A stretch of 64,000 bases of DNA, taken from positions 3,348,001 through 3,412,000 of the forward strand of contig CDPCPM010000164.1 in assembly GCA_976551045.1 (NCBI GenBank), given 5' to 3'. Every line of letters begins with the position of its first letter. Position 1 is the stretch's first letter. The translations under genes and the position numbers were made by a program. This document shows positions 23,601 through 35,815 of this stretch, in pieces. This stretch comes from Glaucostegus cemiculus (taxonomy: Eukaryota). The notes beneath the pieces were generated by a model, which was not told where the DNA came from, searched no databases, and saw only the letters and a list, made by a program, of their open reading frames with translations.

Positions 23601-26429
23601 ACCCAACTTGTGTACAGCCCATATATATGAACAGGCATTTGGGAGACCAGTGGGATGGATTTGCCTGCTGCTGCAGGGCTACAGGTGTTTGCTGCCAAAT
23701 GGGAACTCTGTTCACAGCTGCCTCTGACTTGTGAAGTGTCTGGGTTATGAACAGTTCACAGGACTGACCTGGGCAGGACTTGCACTGAGTTAGAAGATCA
23801 GCCGTGACCTTAATGAATGGCAGAATAGATTGAAGGGACAAATGGTGTCCTCCTGCTCCTACAGCTTTTACTAAAAGAGCATTAGTGGAGATTGTCTGAA
23901 CATTTGTGTTTAACGTTCTAAATATTTTCCAACCAGAGTTTAGGGAGAATTGTATTCACTGAAGTTCAATACTGCAGCTTCCAGGTGCTGCTCGAAATAC
24001 CTCTGCAGTATGAGGTCCAATAGAGTCGGAGGGAGGAATCAGTCGATAAGAACACAATGGGAAATTACCATCAGAATTTTTTGGATTAGCTTTAATTTTT
24101 CCTGAATTATTATTTTTAAACTAAGTTTCAGAAAGCTGTCAGGGGGAAATCCTAATTTTTCCTTTGTGCTATTTTCTTACCCTTCTATCCAAATAAAATC
24201 TGGCAGTGCTTCCAACATAACAAGTGGGCTATCCTTTTTACATTATTTCAATGATTAATTCTACCTTGGAATCTGCCATGACTTAAAGCAATGGAATATG
24301 GATACATTAGAACTAATTTCAGGTTTAAATTGGCAAGTAAATTAATATAACAGTAATGGAACAGTCAAAACATCTCGTACAGGAGCTGTGAAACTTTAAT
24401 CTCTTATTTGTAACTGTTAGTGAATGTACTAAGCAATCAATTTTTAGAGGTAGAGAACAATTTTCCCTTATCTCATCATTTACATGTTTGTGTATAATGT
24501 GGATCGAGAGGTGTTGTTGCTCTCAGTGCTACATGATCCACATTTGCTTTTTACCCAGAGTAAATGGCATCAGCAGCAAATGAAAATCAAAAACAAAATG
24601 ATGCTGAAAATCTGGAGGGCTTTGAGCTGAAATGTTAGCCCTGTTTCTCTTTCCACAGATGTGTGAACCAGAATGTTTCCAGCATTTTCTGTTTAATTTT
24701 AGATTTCCTGCATCACTTGTATGCCTAGTGTAAACTGTAATATACTATGTGCTTTACACCTTTCTGATACACATTGGTGATCAAACCTCCAAACAAAGAC
24801 TATAGTGCAATAGTCACAGAAGAACTAGGAGCATCACTACACCTGCATTTGGTTCATTCCAGATTATGCATGGAATATTTAAAGCTTGCTGTTCAGTTAT
24901 TTCATATAAATTGCATGGTTGCAATTTCATTGCTTAGGTGCTGACTGATAGCACCACCACAATTTTGCAACAGTTGTGTCCCTCCTTATTCAGAGAACTC
25001 TACTGCTGGTTTCCAGGGGACAGTCACATGGATCCATGCAGCAGGTTGCAAAGGTGTGACTGTCTGCAAGTGCAGGATAACCACACTGCATCAGGACTGT
25101 CACTTCCCACATTGGCACTGCTGTCCTCTGCTAACCAGTTTAATTTTGTAGAGCAGCTGATGATTCTGTTCAGAGCAACCAGCTACTGATGCTGAGTTAG
25201 TGTGGGACAGCTTGCCAAACTAGAAGATACATGTGTCCTCTCAATCTAGGCTTAAACCTTTAAAGTCCTGGAGATGCTTACAGGGACATCAGAACTCAAT
25301 AGTATAGAAGGGCAGGTGTAAACACATGCTAAAAGGATGAGATGAACTTCTACTGGACATACTGAGTTATTGCAGGATCCAAACTTTGTTCCTTGTGGGA
25401 GAGAATACCAATCTTGTTGTCTGAAGTCTACTTGGTCTGGAAAAACTCGATGAAAAACTTCTATAACTACACTGTACATTCTTTTTACCTTGGGCATTTA
25501 CTGTGAAGTACTATTTCTCACAATAGTACATACAGCTTAAGTTGATGGAAAAGAGCTCTGGGCATTTCAAAGCATAGAATGGAATTTTTTCTGATCATTT
25601 GTATTTGTCAGCAGGGTATCTTTGAAAGCAGTGTGAGTTATGGCAATTATTCATACTACTGCATGAATATTACTTCACCTACTGCCCCTAATTCAACCCA
25701 AAGGCCTAACTTGGAACTTGGCCCAAGCACCATTAACACTTGGTTCCTTTCTCCATAAACCACTGGCTCAGCTGTCATTGTAATTCTCAAAGTTGAAAGA
25801 AATCTCATTTCCATCAATTTCATTTGTTAGTGACTCATTCAAGTGAGGGATGCAAAATTGCATTAGCAAGCAGTGACAGATGGGCTATATTGTATGGAGC
25901 ACAAAAAAAACTGCTGGTTAAAGATGCCAATTTCCATAATTATTTCTAATTTGGAAGTAAAATCTGTTCTGTGCAATGCTATCACTTCAGTGGCGAGACC
26001 TGTCAGGGGCAATTGTGGTGGAATTATTAGATCTTCAAGTTAACAATTACCCAAGAATATTTTGGACTTAAATAAAAGCAGAAGAGTGCTTTTGTCGATT
26101 ATTTTTTACATGCAAGTTTTATAAAGTGCAAGTTAAAATCTGTGATTATGGGAGTGTGCCAATAAAAAAGATTATTGCAATGCAACTCAGCACGATACCA
26201 TTATTCTAACACTTGCTGAGTGATGATTCCCAAACAAAAAGGGGGCAGCTGTTGGTCGAAGATCAACTGTAATGCATCAAAGCAAAAATCACAGCTGATG
26301 AAGTCTTGCTGTCGTTAGGTCTCTGCATCATCCATCTGAGTATGCCTGCTGCCTGCCACGTGCACTTAAGGGCAGGTAAGGTTACAAAGCTACTTTGCAG
26401 GACAAAAAAAATCATGGATATAGATGATA

Positions 26430-26930
26430 TAAGACCATACATAGGAGCTGATTAAGGCCATTCAGCCCATTGAGTCTGTTCCACCATTCAATCATGGTCA
26501 CATTTTTTCTCAACTTCATTCTCCCTCCTTCTCCCTGTAACTCTTAACTCCATTACCAATCAAGAACCTAGCAATTTCTGCCTTAAATATACCCAATGAC
26601 TTGGCCTCCACAGTCCTCTGTGACAACAGATTTGCCACCCTCTGGCTGAAGAAATTCCTCCTCTTCTCAGTTTTAAAAGGACATCCCTTTATTCTGAGGC
26701 TGTGCCCTAGATTCTAGACTCTCCTACTGATGCAAACATCCTCTCTATGTCCACTTTATCCAGGCCTTTCAGTATTTGGTAGATTTCAATGAGATTCCCC
26801 CCTCATCCTTCTGATCTGCATCAAGTACACGCCTGGAGATATCAAACACTCCTCTGCCTTTCATTCCCCTGGGATCATTCTTGTGAACCTCCTCTGGACC
26901 CCCTCTAGGGCCAGCACATTCATCCTTATA
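26430..26930 (-). mobile_element. CR1 3' fragment
   Basis: CR1 tail (cataggagctgattaaggccattcagcccattgagtctg) and LEGVQRRFTRMIP on the minus strand. Confidence 0.8.
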
Positions 26931-27209
26931 TGAACTTATCTGTGACCATTTCTATCTTAACAGCAAAGTTATGGCAACTTTTTTTAGATTCCATCATTGG
27001 ATGTGTCACTGCCAAGACCCATATTTAATGGCCACCCCCAATTTACCTGAGACAATGTAGACCTTGTGGAAGAGGTGCACCCACTGTGCTGTGGGGAAGC
27101 AAGTTCTATCTTTTTGACCCAGCAACAGGAAGTTTATTTCCAACTTGCAGGTAGTGATGCTCTATGATCTGTCCTTGCCCTTAAGACTATTTCCTTCAAT
27201 ACAACAAAG

Positions 27210-27500
27210 GGCAGCAAGCTGGTGCAGTGCTACCTCACTGTTCCAGTGACTCAGGTTCGATCCTGACCTCAGGCAGTGTGTGTGTGTTCTCTGACTGTGG
27301 TTTTCCCCAGATACTCTGGTTTTCTCCCACATCCCAAAGACATGAGGATTGATACGTTATTTAGTCAGTGTAAACTGCCCCTGTTGATTGGTGCATGGTA
27401 GAATCTGGCAGGCGTTGATGGGAATGTTTGGAATTAAAATGGGATTAGTATAGGATTTGTTGAAATAGGTACTTGGGTAATGGGATAAAGGCTTGTTTCT
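27210..27500 (+). mobile_element. Degenerate HE1-like V-SINE
   Basis: B box GGTTCGATCC, V-domain remnant, gtaaactgcccct...gtagaatctgg body. Confidence 0.7.
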
Positions 27501-27978
27501 TTACAAGATGACATTATGATTTTTTGACTTTCCCCATCACTCTGCCCTGGACCAAGGAAAGTCTTCCAACAGATAGTATATTAATTGCTAAAGGGTTATC
27601 CTGTGCTTCTTCATCCCCAATCAATCCACCTGATATCCTTTTTTTTCCCAAGTGAAGTAGCAAATGTTATGACAACAATCAACATCAAACATCTTAGGAA
27701 ATGATGTCTGGTATTGGCTGAGCAAAAAATATTCAGCAGCATCTTCCCTCCATAGGGAGCTTCAAGAAAGGTATTTGATTAAACTTGGCTTTGGTATAGC
27801 ATTATATGATACTGAGGCAAATCAACTGAGGGATTTTTTAAATTGAAGTGGTAAGGTATGCACATGATCTCAACAATATTTTTCAATAAAGATCAGGAGG
27901 CAGAATGTTACAGACGGAACTGCAATCTGACAATGCCAAATTAAGGGGCACTACTCTTCTTGGACATTAACTTAACCA

Positions 27979-28725
27979 TGCTGTCAGGTTTAATTCAATG
28001 GTTAAGTAGGCTTCTTTACCCAACACTAATGCTTGTGGATTTATCCTTGTCCTTCAAGAAACCTTGGTCAGGAGGTCTCTAATATTAACAATTAACTGTA
28101 GGCAAATATTACCTGTGGTTTTCAGCCTGCATTAAGATTTTGATAATTTAAGTCATGAATCTCTGATCAATTTTTAACTACAGCTATTTGAGGCAACTGT
28201 GGTGAGATTATCAAATTAACTAAGTAACAGCCCTGAACAGCAAACAACGCAATGTAATTTTCTGCTTTCAGACAAATACATATAGTATATTGATTCTTCA
28301 AAGGGAGTTCAGGTTTCCTGACAGCCAGAGATCCCCTTGGGATCTGCAGGGTAGTTATCTTCCTTTCCCAATAGTTATAATTAGCTAACATCCACTGGCA
28401 TTATAATTTTAATCTAATCTTTTAATTGTGAGTAGTGAGGTAATTTTACCTCATTGAATAGCTCTCAATTTGATTAAATTACTGCATGTGGCTGCGAGTC
28501 CCAAGTCCCTATTTATATAATATGGTTACGAAAAAAGTGCTATTTTTCATTCACACGCTGCCCTTTTTACTACTGTACCTGGACTTAGTATTTTAAACAT
28601 ATTAAAAATTTAGGTATTGCTGCTGTCAGGTTTAATTCAATAGTTATTTAGGTTTCTTTATCTAACAAATGCCTGTGGATTTATCCCCGTCCTTCAAGGA
28701 ACCTTAGTCAGACTCTGATGTTGAC
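27979..28725 (+). repeat. ~105-110 bp imperfect direct repeat pair (27979-28090 and 28621-28725)
   Basis: Both copies read tgctgtcaggtttaattcaat.gtta..tagg.ttcttta.c.aaca..aatgc.tgtggatttatcc..gtccttcaag.aacctt.gtcag. Confidence 0.9.
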
Positions 28726-29199
28726 GCAGCTTATATTCCTTCAGGGAGTGATAACTCTGCACCTGCAAGCAAATGGGCTCACAGTAATTAAGCAATGTAT
28801 CTTCAACTCCAAACCTTTAAAATTACATGGCCTAAAATTACCTTCATGAATAATTGAGAAATATTTAATCATTCTTCTTTTGTTAATAAATTGTAATCTG
28901 TCATACTCACATGCAGAGTTCATTAAGCTGCAAAGACAGAAGCCAAGTGATTCAACCTACTTTCATTACTTGCAGAAATAAGGACATGTCTGGCTGTGGC
29001 TTGTATCTACTCCTAACTTTAGGACTGATGATGACATTTTTGGCAGATAATCTATACCAGTCAGGAATGACAATTCACTGCATTTATTCACCTCATTCAC
29101 TCCATTGCTGGTAATGCCTTTTCCCATCTTCATAATGTCACCCATCTCTGCTCCTTCTCCTTGTTTTGGTTACCTCGAGTTGATTTCCTCAATTTATCT

Positions 29200-30420
29200 T
29201 AGTTCTGCTGATGATGCGGAATTAAGTCGGATTGGAAGCAATGAGGAGGATGCAAAGAGGCATGGTGAAGGTGCAGACAAGGGTGAGTGGGCAACAATGT
29301 GGAGAGTACAAGATTATTCACTTCAGCAGAGATAGGAGAAATACAGAGTGATTGTTAAATAGTGAGGTTTGTTAAATGAGAAATGTAGATGTTCAAAGGA
29401 ACCTGGGTCTCCTTGCAGGTCACAGAAACATGCAGGTGTTGCAGGCTGTTTTGAAGGCAAATGGTACACTGACATTCATCTCTGGAGGATTTGATTGCGA
29501 GACTAAAGACGTCTTAGTTTTATTATATAGAGCCTCAGTGAGTCCAAACGCAGAATCTGCAGTTTGGTTAGGCCACGCTTGGGGAGTATTGTGTGCAGTT
29601 CCAGTCATCCCATTATAGGAAGGATGTGGAGGCTTTGGAGAGGGTGCAGAAGAGGTTCACCAGGATGCTGCCTGGGTTAGAGGGAATTACTATAAGGAGA
29701 GGTTGGGTTGTTTTCTCTGGAGCATCAGAGGCTGAGGGGAGACCTGATAGAAGTTTATAAAACAATTATGAGAAGCATTGATAGGGTAGATGGTCAGAAT
29801 CTATTACCCAGGGTAGAAATGTCATAGCTTTTAGGTGAGAGAGGGAAGTTTGAAGGAGATGTGCAGGATAAGACTTTTGCCACAGTGGCAGGTGCCTGGA
29901 ATGTGCTGCTAGGGGTAGTGATGGAAGCAGACACAATAGTGGGGTTTAAGTGGCTTTTAGATAGACACATGAATATGCAGGGATATGGATCATGTGCAGG
30001 CAGAAGGGGCAAGTTTAATTTGGCATCATGTTTGGTACAGATGTTGTGGGCTGAAGGGCCTGTTACTGCACTGTACTGTTGTATGTTCTGTTCGTACAAA
30101 TTAGATTTCTTTGAATGGACGTAGTTGTTGTAAGGGAAATTCAGCAAAGAATTAGCAGACTGGTCTCTGGGAAGGCAGGTCTGCCTTAGATGAGATTAGT
30201 AGGCTAGACCTCTTCTTATGAGTTTAGACCACAATAATTATTAGAGTGCTTGAGAGGGTAGATGCAAAGAGGATGTTTCCTCTGGATGAGCAGTCCACAG
30301 CCAGGGATCCCAGTCTTTGAATAAGGGAAAAGCCATTTTGGACTGAAGAGGAGGAAATGGAGTGAATTATCTACCTGATGGCAGTGGAAGCTCAGTTATT
30401 GTTTGCATTCCAAACTGGGA
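29200..30420 (+). mobile_element. Nested CR1 RT/3' fragments
   Basis: ADDAEL, VDVQRNLG, KANGTLTFISGG, YRKDVEALERVQKRFTRMLPG motifs and a CR1 tail ending at ~30090. Confidence 0.8.
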
Positions 30421-30422
30421 TT

Positions 30423-30713
30423 GGCACGGCATGGTAGTGTAGCGGTTAGTGTAATGCTATTTCAGCACCAGCGACCCAGGTTCAAATCTGGCCACTGTCT
30501 GTAAAGAGTTTTTATGTTCTCTGTATCTGCATGGGTTTCCTCCGGGTGCTCCGGTTTCCTCCCACATTCCAAAGACGTACAGGTTAGGAAGTTGTGGACA
30601 TGCTATGTTGGTGCCGGAAGCATGACAACACTTGTGGGCTGTCCCCAGAACACTCTATGCAAAAAGATGTATTTCACTGTTTTGATGTACATGTGACTAA
30701 TAAAGATATCTTA
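30423..30713 (+). mobile_element. V-SINE with Rex1-type tail
   Basis: Head TGGTAGTGTAGCGG...GGTTCAAATC, V-domain, tail atttcactgttttgatgtacatgtgactaataaagatatc. Confidence 0.88.
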
Positions 30714-31317
30714 CATTGGTGCTTCTGCATGTTACAGCAATCAAGTCATATGGGGATAGGGCAGGAAAATCTTGAAGTTGAAGATCAGCCACAATCTTGT
30801 TGAATGGCAGAGCAAGTGGGGGTGAGAATGGCAGAGAGGGGTTGCAGGGTGTCCTCCTGATCTTACTTTGTTCCTAAGTTCATTGGCATCTCTACAAATG
30901 ATGCCTCTTTCAGATTGCACAATACCCACACAAAGTATTTCCATTAGTTGAGTCTTTTATGTACTCCATATCTAAACCCCGACATGCAAGAGGCATCAAA
31001 ATCTTGTCTTAACCTTTCAGTGCCTCCATCACCTCACTCCATTATCTTCATTTTCATGCAATCATTTGTTTTTAATTACCCTCTCTCCAACCTGTTTGCT
31101 CCTTCAACTGCCAATTCTTAGCACCTTCATAAAACTCCCTGTCTACTAAAAGCTTTACCGTCTTGCACATCCTACCACTAATTCTATTCTACCCGATTCT
31201 TCCCTCCACTTGATCGTCTTGTCCTTCCCCCTGAATAGCTGTTCAAATAGATGTAAATTGTTATTACTTAAAAAAAAAAACCCAGTTCATAACTTGAAGA
31301 CTGAGAGCTTCATAAAC

Positions 31318-31600
31318 AGCAGACATGGTAGCATGGTGGTTAACATGATGCTTTACAGTGCCAGTGACCCAGGTTCAATTCTGGCCACTGTCTGTAAGGA
31401 GTTTGTACGTTCTCCCTGTGTCCTTGTGGGTTTCCTCTGGGTGCTCAGGTTTCCTCCCACATTCCAAAGACGTATAGGTTAGGAAGTTATGGGCATGCTA
31501 TGTTGGCACTGGAAGTGTGGCGACACTTGCAGGCTACCCCCTAAATCATATGCAAGATGTATTTCACTGTTTCAATGTACATGTGACTAAAATATCTTAA
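31318..31600 (+). mobile_element. V-SINE with Rex1-type tail
   Basis: Colinear with 30423-30713. Confidence 0.88.
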
Positions 31601-31952
31601 ATCAGAGATGGCAAAATGCCGAAGAAATTCAAAAACAATATCATATTTGTACTGAGCTGTTCCTACATAATAACAAGTTCATACACTCTTAGGCAATTTA
31701 TTTTATGATTAAATGCCTGGTTTAATCTTATACTGCATCTGAGCCTATATTCTGATAGTGCTGATATTGATATAACACATTCATCAATGAACAAACTTGT
31801 TAGATGTTCAAAATAACATGATATTGACTGCAGATTAATTGTCAAATCATAAAGCTGAATTGTACTGAAGTTACGTTGTGGGATATGAGAAGTAGAATCT
31901 GATCTTCTGAAATTTCTTTCTCTAATTGATCAGGGATGTTGAGAAAAGTATG

Positions 31953-32085
31953 GGAAACAGATTCCTGGTGAGTTTAAAAGACCCACAGGAAACAGAGCCC
32001 TGGTGAGTGCAAGGATCTTGGGAGGAAAAAGCCCTGGAGAGTTTAAAAGGATTTCAGGAAGCAGATCCCTCAGTGAGTTGAAGCA
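31953..32085 (+). repeat. Four degenerate ~35-bp tandem units at the CR1 5' end
   Basis: Units start at about 31953, 31988, 32024 and 32057 with the pattern ggaaacaga.ccctggtgagtttaaaagga. Confidence 0.75.
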
Positions 32086-32859
32086 AGCATTTGGTATAAA
32101 CAAGGATCTAGGGAATTAAAAGGTTTCTGCAAGGTAATTTAAGCAATAAGCAATCTAATAATAAAAGTACTTTAGTTAAAGTGATCTAATAAACAGACAT
32201 GGTGATGTATCTCAGACCCATTGAATGCACATCCTATCCCATGTGGGAACTCCAGGTGGCTACTCATATCTTGAACAACCTTGGGTGTTAGAAATGCCAT
32301 CACCTGGAGAACTTTGAGCACTGGGTTTTGGACCAAGAGCAATAGCTGATGGATATATCAGGTTAAGTGTGTTGTGGATTGCACATTTCAGGAGGTGGTC
32401 AAGAAGGTACAGTCAGAGAGGGAATGGTTAACTAACAGATAAACAAGAATTAGCAGGGAGATGGTCAAGGTGATGCCTGAAGGTATTTTACTCTCTAACC
32501 AGTATTTAATTTTGAGGACTTATGGGGAGCAGTTTACTTTGGGGAGTGTATCCAGATGCCAAGATCAGAGCACCATAGGTGGCACAGTTAATGCTGCTGC
32601 CTTGGGTTATAAGGATATTGACCTTTGGTGTTGCCTGCATAGTTTACGCCACCTTCTACATCATGAGAAAGTTCAAGAAATAATGGGAAAAGGAAGGGGG
32701 GGAGCAGAAAGATCAAGAGGGCAACATGTACAGGGGGGGAAGCATAAGGGGCGAGCATTTCTGTAGGTACAAGGGTGATTATAAAATGGCCAGAATTAAG
32801 GCTGCAGAAAATTCTGTAGCAGAAGGAAGAACAGCTGGAGGTTATGGTCCATATCAGGT

Positions 32860-33190
32860 TATAGAGCAGAGAAACAGGCCTTTGGCCCAGCTCGTCCATG
32901 ACAATCAGGATTCCCATCTAAGCTAGTCCCATTTGCCCACATTTGGCACACATCCCTCTAAACCTTCCCTATCCATGTACCTGTCCAAGTACCTTTTAAA
33001 TGTTAATGTACCTGCCTCAACTACTTCTGGTGGCTCATTCCATGTACTGACCACCCTCTGGGTAAAAAAGTTGCCCCTCAGGTTCCTATTAAATCTCTCC
33101 CCTCCCACCTCAACCCTTATGTCCTCTAGTTCTTGATTTCCCAACCCAATGGGAAAAAAACTGTGCAGTCACTGTCTATGCCACTTATAA
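32860..33190 (-). mobile_element. CR1 3' fragment nested in the long CR1
   Basis: GERFNRNLRGNFFTQRVVSTWNEP on the minus strand plus tail. Confidence 0.85.
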
Positions 33191-33404
33191 ACTTTATCCA
33201 TATCAATACCAATAACAGAGGCATTTAAAGGGGTGATATCCTGCAGGCAGATTTTAGAGAGTTAGGAAAGAAATTTAGGAGGCCAAAGGTCTCCAGATTA
33301 CTGCCTGTCCTGTGATGACAGAAGTAGGAAACATGGTGGCTGGGGAGATAGTGTAGGAAAACAGGCTATAGATTCCTGAAGCTCTGGGGCAGGAAGGACC
33401 TCTA

Positions 33405-34024
33405 CAGAGATGCAAGAAATTCTGCAGACGCTGAAATCTGGAGCAATACACAAAAAGTGCTGGAGGAACTCGGCAGGTCAGGAAACATCCATGGAGGGAA
33501 ATAAACAGTTGATATTTCGGGCCAAGACCCTTCATCAGGACTGGAAAGGAAGAGGGAAGAAGCCAGAATAAGAAGGTGGGGGGAGAGGGAGGAGCACATG
33601 CAGGCAGGGGATAGGTGAGTCCAGATGAGAGGGGGAAGGTGGGTGGGGGGGGAGATTTAATAAGCTGAGAGGTGATGGGTAGAAGAGGCAAAGGACCGAA
33701 GATGAAGCTGGTAGGAGAGGGCAGTGGACCATGGAATAAAGGATGGAGGGGAGGAGCGGAGATGGGCAGGGGGAAGGGAGCCACAGGAATAAGGAAAGAC
33801 GTCAGCGTTTGGGGGGGGGGGGGGGTGTTAACCAGAAGTTCGAGAAATCAATGTTGAGGCCATCAGGTTGGAGACTCCCAAGGCAGAATGAGGTGTTGTT
33901 CCCCCAACTTGTGTCTGGCCTCAATGTGGCAGTAGCAGAGGCCATGGATAGACATGTCAGTATGGGAGTGGGATGTGGGATTGAAGTGGGTGGCCACCAG
34001 GAGGTCCTGGCTGTTGCGGCGGAT
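33405..34024 (-). mobile_element. Penelope-like 3' fragment (GIY-YIG end, tail, hammerhead) nested in CR1 ORF1
   Basis: The minus frame has VATHFNPTSHSHTDMSIHGLCYCHIEARHKLGEQHLI, the same tail type as 50410-51990. It interrupts the CR1 esterase sequence between DLY and RPGGLHLN. Confidence 0.85.
33506..33543 (-). ncRNA. Minimal type-I hammerhead ribozyme motif (Penelope-associated), best-preserved copy
   Basis: The minus strand reads CAGUC-CUGAUGA-A-GGGU-CUUG-GCCC-GAAA-UA-UC-AACUG: intact catalytic boxes, stem II, an AUC cleavage triplet, a palindromic AUAU mini-stem III, and stem I with one closing mismatch. Confidence 0.7.
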
Positions 34025-34599
34025 AGGCCGGGTGGATTGCACCTCAACAGAGCTGGGATCAATATCAATGTGGGAAGGTTTGCTAGACCTATGGCAATGG
34101 GTTAGGCACAGGAAGGCAGCATTGAAAAGAAGGGAAAAGGTACAAAAAGGGTTGGGTACAAATAGCAAACCAAGAAATGGGATTCTTCCATATTGGACCA
34201 GAGTAAAAGATCATACAAGGGCTAATATAGGGTTACATTGCCTGCATGGATTGAGTGTACTAAACAAGGTTGCTGAAGTACAGCTGCAACTAACTGCATG
34301 AAGTTACAGCATTGTGATTGTGACAGAACTGGCTAATTAAGGACAGGAGTGCGTGCTAAATATTCCTGGATACAAGGTAATTGGAAAGATAGGGAAGGAA
34401 GGAGAGGGAGTGGAAGCACTGATGGTTTTTGATGTTTAATGAGGGAAATGTGGTCAACGTATACATGGGCCTCCAAAAACGTGACAAAATGTTACAATAC
34501 AAACTTATCATGAAGTATGAACACCATGTAATAAAAAGGGTTGTAGCAGCATTAAAAGAAAACTGCCTAATTAGCAGGAAATAGGACTGAGTTTAAATA

Positions 34600-34980
34600 A
34601 AGATGCAGATGCTGGAAATCTAAAATAAAAACAGGAAATGCTGGAGATACTCAGCAGGGATGAAAAGAACAAGGTGCTGGAGAAACTCAGCAGGTCAGGC
34701 AGCATCTGTGGAGAAAAGCAGTCAGTCAATGTTTTGAGTCAGGACCCTTCAGGACTGGCCCAAAACGTTGACCATCTGCTTTTCTCCATGGATGCTGCCA
34801 AACCTGTTGAGTTCCTCCAGTATTTTGTTTTGTTTTTCCATTCAGGTCAGACCACATCTGTGGGAAGAGAAACAAAGTTAACGTTGCAGGCAGTGTCAGC
34901 GGTGTGAATCGTCAATGCTGTTCCTCTTCCTTCAGGTGCAGCCTGGTCTGATGAGTGTTTCTAGCATTTTCTGTTTTTTT
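34600..34980. mobile_element. Palindromic Penelope-derived element (about 34660-34840) nested inside an older copy of the same type
   Basis: The outer copy is interrupted at ctcagcagg|...|tcaggtcagaccacatctgtgg; the inner copy has inverted arms around gacccttcaggactggcccaaaacgttgacc. Confidence 0.75.
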
Positions 34981-35334
34981 ACAATAGTATTGAAGGGTTT
35001 GAGAAGTTTGTAATGGAGTTCTCCAAGGGTCAGCATTTGGACTATTGCTTGTCATTATGCTAATAATTTGGGCTTTACTGGGCATGATTTCCAAATCTGA
35101 AGATAGCAAAACTTGGAGGCATAGAGAACTTTGAGGAAGATAATAACAGACTTCAAGGAGATGGCTGGCAGAATGGGTGGCTAAGTGGCAGATGAAATTT
35201 AATGCTGAGAGATGTGAAGTGTTGCACTTTGGTAAGAATGAGAAAAGACAGTATCATATAGGGGATGCCATTCTAAGAGGGCACAAAAATGTATTGGCAG
35301 GCCCAGTTAAGGAAGTGGTTAAATAAGTGCACTC

Positions 35335-35815
35335 ACACTGAATGCTAGAGGAACTCAGCAGGTCAGGCAGCATCTGTGGAGGGAAATGAACAGTTGACGT
35401 TTCAGGCCGAGACCCTTCAGGACAGGAAAGGAAGAGGGCAGAAACCAGAATAAGAAGGTAGGGGGAGGGGAGGAGTATGAGCTGGTGGGTGATAGGTGAG
35501 TCCAGGTGCGAGGGGGAAGGTAGGGAGGTGAGGGAGGGGGTGGTGAAAGGGAATGATGTGAGAAGCTGGGAGGTGATAGGTGGAAGAGGCAAAGGGCTGA
35601 AAAGGAATCTGATAGAGGACAGTAGAACAAAGGGAGGGAGGTGGGCGGGTTGTGAGTGTGGGGGAGGGGAAAGAGGGGTGAAGGGGCCACAGGAATGAGG
35701 GGAACTCAAAGGGGGTGGAAGGAAGGTAGAGAGAAGTGGTTACTGGAAGTTAGAGAAATCGATGTTGATGCCCTCAGGTTGGAGACTACCAAGACAGAAT
35801 GAGGTGTTGCTCCTC
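35335..35815 (-). mobile_element. Penelope-like 3' fragment
   Basis: EEQHLI-like end, polypyrimidine tail and degenerate hammerhead (CTGA-AGGGTCTCGGCCT-GAAACGTC) on the minus strand. Confidence 0.8.

Noticed and set aside
24938-25497. Nested coding exons in the large intron (ORFs 24938-25189 and 25252-25497)
   Set aside because: No recognisable protein similarity and no convincing paired splice sites linking them to other exons.
31953-32085. CRISPR-like repeat array
   Set aside because: The context is eukaryotic, the units are degenerate head-to-tail repeats without unique spacers, and there are no cas genes.
33275-33784. Proline/serine-rich ORFs here and at 35254-35709, 13780-14319 and 51565-51870
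   Set aside because: They arise from the polypyrimidine tails of Penelope fragments, which lack stop codons for compositional reasons.
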